From: an uncultured Rikenella sp.
GTDB lineage: Bacteria > Bacteroidota > Bacteroidia > Bacteroidales > VadinHA17
Assembly: GCA_964455705.1 (NCBI GenBank)
Contig: CAYVYM010000006.1
Coordinates: forward strand, 25,805 to 89,804
Direction of reading: 5' to 3'
DNA length: 64,000 nucleotides
Shown here one piece after another: positions 17,971 through 26,091 of the stretch. Position 1 is the first letter of the stretch; every line of letters begins with the position of its first letter. Under the pieces are notes generated by a model. It made no database searches. It saw nothing but the letters and a program-made list of their open reading frames with translations, and was not told the origin of the DNA. The position numbers and the translations under genes were made by a program.

Positions 17971-20307
17971 ATGAATAGTGCAGGGTTTAGCAAGGTTGAG
18001 CAGGCATTCTTTGCCCGTTCAGGAAGGGAAAAGACTTCGACAAAAATACCTTATGTGGTGGTAAAGAATTTCCCCGGTCTCGGACTGCTTACAGCACTGA
18101 GGTTCCTGGAATGGGTAGCCGGGAATCCGGACGGAGTAATCAGTCTCCCCACCGGGAAGACACCGGAATATTTTATCAAGTGGACACAGTACCTGCTCAA
18201 AAACTGGGATAAGCCCGAGGCGAAGAAGATCAGAGAGGATAATGGTCTTTTACTTAATGAGAGACCATCGCTGAGAGGACTGCATTTTGTCCAGATCGAT
18301 GAGTTTTACCCGATCAACCCGCGTCAGCACAACAGCTTCTTTGATTATGTAAGCAAATACTACATCGGAGGCTTCGACCTTGACCCGGGAAAAGCCCTGC
18401 TTATTAATACAGAGGAGATTGCACTTGCCGAAGGGAAGCATTTCTCGGAGGTTTTTCCTGACAACATCATCGACCTTTCACTGAGGAACAGGGAGGCACT
18501 CAATCCCTTTGAGAAGCTGCAGCAGGCTTCAATATTTAAAATTGACAACTGGTGCACCAACTATGAAAAAAGGATACGGGAGCTTGGAGGCATAGGTTTC
18601 TTCCTTGGGGGCATCGGCCCCGACGGCCATATAGCTTTCAACACCAGGGGCAGTGACCATAACTCCGCCACAAGACTGACCGCAACAAACTTCGAGACTC
18701 AGGCAGCATCAGCAGGTGACCTGGGAGGGATAGAGGTGTCACGGACGAGGCTGGTGATAACAATAGGGCTGGGAACAATAACCTGTAATCCGGATGCTGT
18801 ATCAATAATCTTTGCCGCCGGTGATGCCAAGGCCCATGTGGTGAGACATGCCCTCGAAAACGAACCTGACAACCTATACCCGGCAACGGTGCTGCAGAAC
18901 CAGAGGAATGCGAGGTTCTATCTCACTGAAGGAGCCTCCATGCAGCTTCATGACACAATTGAAAGATATTACAGGGAGAGCGATTGGAATTTTGAAAAGA
19001 CCGAAAGGGCAATCTTCGACCTCTGTCAGAAAATTGATAAATATGCTCATAAGCTGGAACTCGAAGATCTCATTAATGATGAGTACTGTTCACTTATTCC
19101 TGACCTGAGCCTCGACAGGGTCACTGATGTTATTGAGTCGACCAAGAGAAAGATTGAGGCCGGGCTTAAGAGGGAACATAATTCCATTTTCTTTCATACA
19201 GGCCCTCACCATGATGACATCATGCTGGGTATCTTCCCGGCAATAATCCCGCAGCTGCGGGAGATCACCAATAAATTTCACTTTTCGATACTGACATCGG
19301 GATTTACTGCTGTTACCAACACAATGCTTCTCGGTCTGCTTGAAGAGACACTTCGTCTCATCTCAATAGGCAAGATACAGATGCTGGGTTATCCTGACTT
19401 TTTCGAGGCAGGGTACAGGTTCAAGTGGGATAAGGATGTGAGTCATTACCTTGACAAGGTGGCTGACAAGGACAGTGCCGGAAAGCTCAGGGGCCTGTGC
19501 CACAGGATAGTCAGGGCGATGGTGGAGATCTACAGACTGCGTTCAAAGGATGAGCTGGTTGCGCAGATCAGGAAGAATATCGATCTGATAAATGCCAGTT
19601 ACAGCGGTGAGAAGAATCCGCCTGACATACAGAGACTTAAGGGGATGCTAAGGGAGTTCGAGGAAGAGCTGGTCTGGGCTCACTATGGGGTACCTGTAAG
19701 GAACATTGAGCATCTGAGGCTGGGTTTCTATACGGGTGACATCTTCACCCGGCAGCCAGACCTTCACAGGGATGTGGAACCGATACTCCAGTCCCTTAGG
19801 CGTATTCAGCCGACAGTGATCAGTCTTGCATTCGATCCTGAAGGGTCAGGGCCCGACACCCACTACAAGGTGCTGCAGGCCATAGCCGAGGCTCTGAGGC
19901 AGTGGAGTCTGGAGAAGGACCTGTCAGAGTTGAGGATAATAGGCTACCGCAATGTGTGGTTCAGGTTCCTGCCCTTCGAGGCAAACGTCTTTGTGCCGGT
20001 GTCACTCAACTCCATGGCTGTGCTTAACCAGTCGTTCCGCGACTGCTACGTCAGCCAGGTGAATGCCTCATTCCCGAGTCCTGTCTATGATGGCCCGTTC
20101 AGTGATCTGTCACAGCAGGTATGGGTTGAGCAGTTCAAATGGGTACAGCTGATACTGGGCAAGGACTTCTTTTATGAGAATGAGAGTCCCAAGATCAGGG
20201 GAACCCACGGCATGGTTTATTATAAGGAGATGGTTATCAATGAGTTCCTGCAGCATGCCCGTGAGCTTGAAAAGAGCGTCGAGGGCCAGGGCGACGTTAG
20301 CAGCTAG
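17971..20307 (+). CDS. nagB: Glucosamine-6-phosphate deaminase (NagB-like) fused to an LmbE/PIG-L-type deacetylase-like domain
   Basis: 778 aa. The NagB-fold motif is FLGGIGPDGHIAFN. The downstream block FFHTGPHHDDIMLG resembles the AHPDD signature of LmbE/PIG-L deacetylases. Confidence 0.7.
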   Translation: MNSAGFSKVEQAFFARSGREKTSTKIPYVVVKNFPGLGLLTALRFLEWVAGNPDGVISLPTGKTPEYFIKWTQYLLKNWDKPEAKKIREDNGLLLNERPSLRGLHFVQIDEFYPINPRQHNSFFDYVSKYYIGGFDLDPGKALLINTEEIALAEGKHFSEVFPDNIIDLSLRNREALNPFEKLQQASIFKIDNWCTNYEKRIRELGGIGFFLGGIGPDGHIAFNTRGSDHNSATRLTATNFETQAASAGDLGGIEVSRTRLVITIGLGTITCNPDAVSIIFAAGDAKAHVVRHALENEPDNLYPATVLQNQRNARFYLTEGASMQLHDTIERYYRESDWNFEKTERAIFDLCQKIDKYAHKLELEDLINDEYCSLIPDLSLDRVTDVIESTKRKIEAGLKREHNSIFFHTGPHHDDIMLGIFPAIIPQLREITNKFHFSILTSGFTAVTNTMLLGLLEETLRLISIGKIQMLGYPDFFEAGYRFKWDKDVSHYLDKVADKDSAGKLRGLCHRIVRAMVEIYRLRSKDELVAQIRKNIDLINASYSGEKNPPDIQRLKGMLREFEEELVWAHYGVPVRNIEHLRLGFYTGDIFTRQPDLHRDVEPILQSLRRIQPTVISLAFDPEGSGPDTHYKVLQAIAEALRQWSLEKDLSELRIIGYRNVWFRFLPFEANVFVPVSLNSMAVLNQSFRDCYVSQVNASFPSPVYDGPFSDLSQQVWVEQFKWVQLILGKDFFYENESPKIRGTHGMVYYKEMVINEFLQHARELEKSVEGQGDVSS

Positions 20308-21560
20308 TCGTAAAGGAAGTACTTTGATGCCGTCTCTCTGAATGCCGGGATATCATCATTCCACATTCCTTCGATATCACTCACCCTGAATGATTTTGTG
20401 AATGCCTTTCTTACCTCATCGGTACCACACACCTTGTCGAACATTGAATGCCGTGCCGGGTCGCAGATCTCAAACAGGTTTTTATCGGGCCACAGGGTGT
20501 GTGCCTCCTGCATTATGTAGAATTGCAGCAGTGAAAGAGGGGCTTCGGAAGGTTCAGTGAAGTGTATCTGCACGCCATGGACCATCTTGCCCTGAAGCGT
20601 ACTGTAGTAAGGCTTGTAATGGGTCGGTCTGAAGATCACTCCCGGAAGATTAAGCCCGTTGAGGTTTCTGGCCAGGGAGTCAGCGTTTATCCACTCAGCG
20701 GCAAAGGTCTGAAACGGGATTGTAAAGCCTACACCGATGCTCACGGCATACAGTTCGCCGGCTATTCCCGTGGCAGGGTAATATAATGGTGAGTCCTTAT
20801 GGGGCACATGGGGTGATGAAGGCACCCAGGGTAGTCCTGTCTCCTCAAAATACAACTTCCTTGACCAGCCTCTCATCTTTACTACCTGCAGGTCGCACCT
20901 GACGCCTCCCGCAAGCATTCCCTCCCCATTGAGGAACATAGCCAGTTCACCCACTGTCAGGCCATGTAAATATGGTATTGCAAACTGGCTCACGAAAGAG
21001 AAGAAGCCCGGTCTGGTGATGAGGCCTTCCATGCGGATCCCTCCGAGAGGATTGGGTCTGTCAAGCACCACGACGGGAATGCTGTTCTCCGCGGCCGCCT
21101 CCATCAGCAGCCCGAGGGTACTAATATAGGTATATGACCTGGAGCCGATGTCCTGGATATCATACACAAGGATATCTATATCCTTCAGCATCTCTTTCGT
21201 TGGTTTGCGAGTCTTTCCGTAGAGACTGTACACGGGAAGGCCGGTTGACGGGTCTGTCTCTGATGTAATGTGTTCACCAGCGGTGAACTCACCTCTCACG
21301 CCGTGTTCAGGTCCGTACAGCGCAACAAGTTTCATATCCGGTGCATTAAAGAGAATGTCTGCCGTTGATATGAGCCGGCTGTCGACACCGGTAGGATTGG
21401 TTACCAGGCCAACTTTTTTGCCCTTCAGAATCTCAAAGTTGCTCTTCATCAGGTTTTCCAGGCCTGTCTCTACGGACTGCCCGCTCATTACTCCGGTAAC
21501 TGCCACCGTCAGGATAACTGCCATCCCGATCCTTGCCACTTTTTTGCTAATTGTATTCAT
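20304..21560 (-). CDS. namZ: DUF1343/YbbC-family exo-beta-N-acetylmuramidase (NamZ-like)
   Basis: The blocks KVGLVTNPTGVDSRL, LYGPEHGVRGEF and VYDIQDIGSRSYTYISTL are characteristic of YbbC/NamZ. Start chosen at ATG 21560 (MNTISKKVARIGMAVILTVAV, a signal peptide) rather than the GTG at 21596 used by the track. Confidence 0.8.
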   Translation of the reverse strand: MNTISKKVARIGMAVILTVAVTGVMSGQSVETGLENLMKSNFEILKGKKVGLVTNPTGVDSRLISTADILFNAPDMKLVALYGPEHGVRGEFTAGEHITSETDPSTGLPVYSLYGKTRKPTKEMLKDIDILVYDIQDIGSRSYTYISTLGLLMEAAAENSIPVVVLDRPNPLGGIRMEGLITRPGFFSFVSQFAIPYLHGLTVGELAMFLNGEGMLAGGVRCDLQVVKMRGWSRKLYFEETGLPWVPSSPHVPHKDSPLYYPATGIAGELYAVSIGVGFTIPFQTFAAEWINADSLARNLNGLNLPGVIFRPTHYKPYYSTLQGKMVHGVQIHFTEPSEAPLSLLQFYIMQEAHTLWPDKNLFEICDPARHSMFDKVCGTDEVRKAFTKSFRVSDIEGMWNDDIPAFRETASKYFLYD

Positions 21561-21632
21561 CTCCCGATAATTTATATAACTTTTGACATTAAGCACTCTG
21601 GCTCACTTTAGTTCACTCCGAACTTAAAAAAA

Positions 21633-21643
21633 TTGTATTACAA
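21633..21643. promoter_or_regulatory. Perfect 11-bp palindrome TTGTATTACAA (TTGTAATACAA on the other strand); candidate GntR/FadR-type operator
   Basis: It lies in the divergent namZ / NlpC-P60 intergenic region. It fits the TNGTNNNACNA pattern reported for FadR-subfamily GntR regulators. Confidence 0.5.
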
Positions 21644-21688
21644 ATTAAATTAATTCATTTAACTATTGACTTGAATGTTATTAATATT

Positions 21689-21696
21689 TAATTTTG
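21689..21696 (+). promoter_or_regulatory. Bacteroidota-type -7 promoter box TAATTTTG
   Basis: It matches TAnnTTTG exactly. A TTG lies 20 bp upstream (21666-21668). The box is 27 bp upstream of the NlpC/P60 ATG. Confidence 0.5.
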
Positions 21697-21706
21697 GATT
21701 TGTAAG

Positions 21707-21717
21707 ATGTAATACAA
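21707..21717. promoter_or_regulatory. Near-perfect copy (ATGTAATACAA, 10/11) of the same palindrome
   Basis: It sits about 11 bp downstream of the -7 box at 21689-21696 and 5 bp upstream of the NlpC/P60 ATG (21723). That is a repressor-type position. Confidence 0.45.
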
Positions 21718-21722
21718 CTTTC

Positions 21723-22892
21723 ATGAAACACTTCAGCTACCTTATCCTCTTATTATGTGTGATTCAGCTCGCCGGATGTCAGAAAAAAGAGGTTCCTGCC
21801 GATCTGCAGGAACAGCTTGATTCGATCGCAGCTGTCATGGTTCCCCAGCACGCAGAAGCCCTGTGTGACGTAAAACTCTCAATGGGAGAGGGAAAAAGCA
21901 TTATCGTCAAAGGCGAAACGGACCTGCCGAAGGCAAAGGAAGAGATCCTTGCAATGCTTGGCAAATCGGGTTACACTTTCACTGACAGTATCATCGTGTT
22001 GCCTGACCCTGCGGTTGTGGCAAGGCCCTGGGGGCTGGTATCGGTCAGCGTTTGCAACATACGAAGCCGGCCTTCTCACACAGCCGAGTTGGTTACCCAG
22101 GCTCTTATGGGCACACCTGTAAAGATACTCAACCATCGTGGGGGATGGCTGTTGGTGCAGACGCCTGATTCCTATATCGGGTGGGTCAGAAGTACGGTGG
22201 TCGAACTGACTGACGATGAGATGGCCGCGTGGAAGGGCAGTGACAGGGTGATCTATCTCGGGTACGCCGGGGTGATAACCGACAGCAGGGGTGAGACCGT
22301 TTCGGACGTGTCCTTCGGGGCGATCCTTGTCATAAACGGCACACGCAGTGACAAATGGACTGTTGTCCTGCCTGACGGAAGGACCGGCGAGGTTAAGAAG
22401 AGTGAAGCGGCCGGGTTTAGAACATGGGCTGAGACCGCCGGCACTAAACCGCAGGGGCTGATTCGTTTTGCCAGGTCATTTATGGGCACACCATACCTGT
22501 GGGGCGGAACCTCGACCAAGGGGGTGGATTGCAGCGGCTACACAAAGATGATATATTATTATGGCGGTGTAATTATGACCCGTGATGCATCAGGGCAGTT
22601 CAGGTACGGTGACGAGGTAAGTATAGAGAAGCCGGGTGAGTCGCTGGCTCCCGGAGACCTCCTCTATTTCGGCAGTGTCAGTAACAGTATCACTCACACA
22701 GGCATGTTCATAGGAGACACTGAATTCATCCATGCATCAGGATCAGGGATGGTGATAATCAACAGTTTCGACTCAACGAGAACGAACTACAGCGAAAATC
22801 TGCTCCGGATACTGCAGGGCGCCAGGCGTGTGACAGGATTCACCGAAGGCAAGGGTCTGGAACGTGTTTCACAACACAGCTGGTATTTTTAA
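21723..22892 (+). CDS. NlpC/P60 (C40) lipoprotein with SH3b domains, similar to YkfC gamma-D-glutamyl-L-diamino acid endopeptidase
   Basis: Start at ATG 21723 gives MKHFSYLILLLCVIQLAGC, with a lipobox. The catalytic block is GTPYLWGGTSTKGVDCSGY. HTGMFIGDTEFIHAS is also present. Confidence 0.8.
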   Translation: MKHFSYLILLLCVIQLAGCQKKEVPADLQEQLDSIAAVMVPQHAEALCDVKLSMGEGKSIIVKGETDLPKAKEEILAMLGKSGYTFTDSIIVLPDPAVVARPWGLVSVSVCNIRSRPSHTAELVTQALMGTPVKILNHRGGWLLVQTPDSYIGWVRSTVVELTDDEMAAWKGSDRVIYLGYAGVITDSRGETVSDVSFGAILVINGTRSDKWTVVLPDGRTGEVKKSEAAGFRTWAETAGTKPQGLIRFARSFMGTPYLWGGTSTKGVDCSGYTKMIYYYGGVIMTRDASGQFRYGDEVSIEKPGESLAPGDLLYFGSVSNSITHTGMFIGDTEFIHASGSGMVIINSFDSTRTNYSENLLRILQGARRVTGFTEGKGLERVSQHSWYF

Positions 22893-22898
22893 ACGACA

Positions 22899-24053
22899 AT
22901 GAAAAAAAGAGATTTCATCAAGATCGGAGGCCTCGCGGCAGGGGCTATGATGGTTGGCTGTTCATCACCTGAAGCCGACGGTACAGGCAGAAACAGAGGT
23001 TCTGTGAAAAGTGGCAGCGGGGTTTTGAAACTCAGCTACAGGCCTTATGAGCTTCAGCTCAGGCATGTCTTCACGGTGGCTACGAGCTCCAGAACGACCA
23101 CTCCGGTGGTCCTTACCACGATTGAGTATGACGGTGTCACCGGTTTCGGCGAGGCCTCAATGCCTCCTTACCTGGGAGAGAGTCATGAATCTGTCTTGAA
23201 TTTCCTCTCAAAGGTGAACCTGGAACAGTTCAGTGACCCCTTCCTCATTGAGGATATTCTTACATATATAGAAGGTGTGATGCCAGGCAATTATGCAGCC
23301 AAGGCATCGCTTGACATCGCCCTGCATGATCTTACCGGCAAGCTTCTGGGACAGCCCTGGTTCAGGATCTGGGGGCTGAATCCGGCAAAGACACCGATGA
23401 CCAGCTTTACAATTGGGATCGATACCGCTGACGTGGTGCGTGAGAAGACCCTCGAAGCCAGCGCCTTTAAAATGCTGAAGATCAAGCTGGGGCGCGACAA
23501 CGACAGGGAGATGATAGAGACAGTGAGGTCAGTGACCGATGTTCCGATATTCGTCGATGTGAATCAGGGCTGGAAAGACAGGGTCTATGCCATGGAGATG
23601 GCACACTATCTGAAAGAGAAAAATGTTCTGTTCATTGAGCAACCCATGCCGAAGGAGCAGGTTGATGACATCGCCTGGCTCACGGCGGGCAGCCAAATTC
23701 CCATCGTTGCCGATGAAGCCCTTCAGACTGTCACTCAGCTGCTGTCGATGAAGGGAATATATTCCGGCATCAACATCAAGCTCATGAAGTGCGGCGGGAT
23801 GCATGCGGCATACAAGATGATAACCATGGCCAGACAGATGGATATGAAGGTTTTGATAGGATGTATGACCGAAACTTCATGCGCGGTCTCGGCTGCCGCC
23901 CAGCTCTCACCGCTGGTCGACTGGGCAGATCTTGATGGTAACCTTCTGATAGCCAATGATATTTATGAGGGCATGACTGTTGTTGACGGAAAAATCAGCC
24001 TTCCTGACAGGCCCGGTATTGGAATTATTGATAAGAAAAGTGAGAATTTGTAA
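22899..24053 (+). CDS. Dipeptide epimerase (L-Ala-D/L-Glu epimerase type, enolase superfamily) with a Tat-like lipoprotein signal
   Basis: MR/MLE-type blocks are MLKIKLG, FIEQPMP, VADEAL and NIKLMKCGG. The N-terminal extension is MKKRDFIKIGGLAAGAMMVGC (22899-22961). Confidence 0.8.
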   Translation: MKKRDFIKIGGLAAGAMMVGCSSPEADGTGRNRGSVKSGSGVLKLSYRPYELQLRHVFTVATSSRTTTPVVLTTIEYDGVTGFGEASMPPYLGESHESVLNFLSKVNLEQFSDPFLIEDILTYIEGVMPGNYAAKASLDIALHDLTGKLLGQPWFRIWGLNPAKTPMTSFTIGIDTADVVREKTLEASAFKMLKIKLGRDNDREMIETVRSVTDVPIFVDVNQGWKDRVYAMEMAHYLKEKNVLFIEQPMPKEQVDDIAWLTAGSQIPIVADEALQTVTQLLSMKGIYSGINIKLMKCGGMHAAYKMITMARQMDMKVLIGCMTETSCAVSAAAQLSPLVDWADLDGNLLIANDIYEGMTVVDGKISLPDRPGIGIIDKKSENL

Positions 24054-24085
24054 TACAACTTTAAATATATATTAATATCTTGCTT
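24048..24085 (+). promoter_or_regulatory. 38-bp conserved module TTGTAATACAAC-N16-TATCTTGCTT upstream of the GKRP-like gene
   Basis: The palindrome is at 24048-24058 and contains the TAA stop of the epimerase gene. The -7-like box TATCTTGC is at 24076-24083. The same two blocks recur with identical 16-bp spacing at 25982-26019. Confidence 0.55.
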
Positions 24086-24184
24086 GGCAGAAGACGATTA
24101 ATCATCATCAAATAAAACAACCTGATAAATTCTGTTTAACATCAATTCCAATACTTTTTCATTTTCACATTAAGAGAATAATTG

Positions 24185-25987
24185 ATGCATAAGAAAGCAC
24201 ATCTGGAGGCTGACCACTTCCTGAATAATGAGACACAGTTTCATCTTGGTATGCTGCCTACAGAGCAGGCGAATCCAAAGACCCGCAACCTTGACAAAAT
24301 TTTTGCTGAAAGTACCAGTGAGGGAGTGAAAACCCTGCTCTCTGTAGACATGGATATATATCTCATGGCTCAAAGGATTTTCAGAAGTAAGGAGTATGCC
24401 AGTCTTGTAAAGGCCGGAGTGAAGGCAATTTCTGAGGGGAAGAAGATAGTATTTTCGGGTTGCGGCGCCACAGGCCGGTTAAGTATCCTTCTGGAGTCTT
24501 TCTGGAGATGCTTTTTCAGAGACTTGCATCAGAAATATCCGGATATCTATAAGAAGGTAAAACATGTTGAGAACTCCGTATTCAGCATAATGACCGGGGG
24601 CGATTATGCACTCATCAGGGCTGTGGAGTATTTTGAGGATTACCAGGAATTTGGAAGACAGCAGGCCAGGGAACTGAACATTATTGAAGGAGATATTCTC
24701 ATAGCCATTACCGAAGGAGGGGAGACCTCGTCGGTTCTTGGCACCCTGGCTGAAGCTGCAGATCGTGGTGCTTTTGTATTCCTAATGTTCAATAACCCTG
24801 CCGACATTCTCTGCAAATATATTGAGCGCTCCAGGATAGCCATCGAAGATCCCAGGGTGACTGTGCTGGACCTGTTCTGCGGACCAATGGCAATTGCGGG
24901 TTCTACAAGAATGCAGGCAACAACCTCGGAACAGCTTATTGCCGGTGCTTCCCTTGAATCAATTTTAGGTCAGTATTTCAGGGAGCTGCTTTCCGTGGAG
25001 GAGCTGGAATTGCTGAATATCAGAGAGACAGACTATGCTGAGGCTTATAATGAAATGCTCGGTGAGATTCTCTCGGGACAAAACCCTGAGATCATCGGTA
25101 AATATATCCTGATGGAGAAAAGCACGTACCAGGAAAACGGGCTTGTGACATATTATGGCAATACTTTAATGCTCGATATTTTTACTGACACTACCGAACG
25201 GTCTCCAACTTTCATGTTGCCGCCTTTCAGGAAATATGACGACACTGTATCTCCGCCGTCATGGGCTTTCGTTAAGAATCCTCTTCTGCCAACACCTGAA
25301 GCCTGGGTAAACGTTTTAGGGCGTTCCCCAAGATGCCTGGAGTGGGATGCGAACCTTTACACGAAAATGAATGCTCCGCAGGCACTCATTTCAGACCCGC
25401 CTCCTTTGGATTTATCACAAATCCTTAAATTTCAAATTGGCAACGAAGAGGATAGCTCACGGATCTCAAAAAAACCTAATGTTGCCGTAAATGTTATCAG
25501 TCGGGTAGAACTATCCAGACCCGAATTTGGAAATTATCAGGCTGCCTTCAACAGAGCTGCAGAAAAGTATCAGGCCAAGTTTGCAATGATAATAGGAACT
25601 TGTGATGAGGCAGCCAGTTACAAGATCACCTGTTCACCGCAACAATCGGTGTTCAATCTTATGGACCGGCTGGCAGTCAAAATTGTCCTGAATACGGTCT
25701 CCACCGGAACTATGGTTGTGATGGGCAGGGTTCTGGGCAACTGGATGAGCTGGGTTGATGTTACAAACAAGAAGCTGAAAGACCGCGGAATAAGACTTAT
25801 TTCCGACATCTGCGGAATAAGCTACAAGGATGCCTGTTATGCTCTTCATGAATCACTGGAGGAATTGAAATCATTTGATGTTTCCACCGGTGAAAAACCT
25901 TCTCCTGTTCAGTACACTATTAACAGAACAGGACTTCCCGGCAACCCCGGGATTGGATTTGCCGAGAAAGAAATTGGTAACTTGTAA
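24185..25987 (+). CDS. Double-SIS, GKRP-like (glucokinase regulatory protein-like) long paralog of MurQ
   Basis: About 600 aa. LPTEQANPKTRNLDK, VFSGCGATGRLSILLE, MTGGDYALIRAVEYFEDY, IAGSTRMQATTSEQL and the C-terminal KIVLNTVSTGTMVVMGRVLGN line up block by block with human GKRP (ITEKSNPLTQDLDK, LSGGGTSGRMAFLM, IAGGDRSV..EGTEDS, GSSRMKGGSATK, WVLNTVSTGAHVLLGKILQN). The track start at 24182 is TTG; the ATG is at 24185. Confidence 0.75.
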   Translation: MHKKAHLEADHFLNNETQFHLGMLPTEQANPKTRNLDKIFAESTSEGVKTLLSVDMDIYLMAQRIFRSKEYASLVKAGVKAISEGKKIVFSGCGATGRLSILLESFWRCFFRDLHQKYPDIYKKVKHVENSVFSIMTGGDYALIRAVEYFEDYQEFGRQQARELNIIEGDILIAITEGGETSSVLGTLAEAADRGAFVFLMFNNPADILCKYIERSRIAIEDPRVTVLDLFCGPMAIAGSTRMQATTSEQLIAGASLESILGQYFRELLSVEELELLNIRETDYAEAYNEMLGEILSGQNPEIIGKYILMEKSTYQENGLVTYYGNTLMLDIFTDTTERSPTFMLPPFRKYDDTVSPPSWAFVKNPLLPTPEAWVNVLGRSPRCLEWDANLYTKMNAPQALISDPPPLDLSQILKFQIGNEEDSSRISKKPNVAVNVISRVELSRPEFGNYQAAFNRAAEKYQAKFAMIIGTCDEAASYKITCSPQQSVFNLMDRLAVKIVLNTVSTGTMVVMGRVLGNWMSWVDVTNKKLKDRGIRLISDICGISYKDACYALHESLEELKSFDVSTGEKPSPVQYTINRTGLPGNPGIGFAEKEIGNL

Positions 25988-26019
25988 TACAACATACCAA
26001 AGAAATTTGTATCTTGCTT
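25982..26019 (+). promoter_or_regulatory. Second copy of the TTGTAATACAAC-N16-TATCTTGCTT module, upstream of SusC pair 1
   Basis: The palindrome is at 25982-25992 and contains the TAA stop of the GKRP-like gene. TATCTTGCTT is at 26010-26019. All 22 conserved positions match at identical spacing to the copy at 24048-24085. Confidence 0.55.
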
Positions 26020-26091
26020 ATGGGACAGAAACCAATTTTCCAACTATCATATATAACCTAATCCATACTATTTAACCCTAAATCCAATCAC

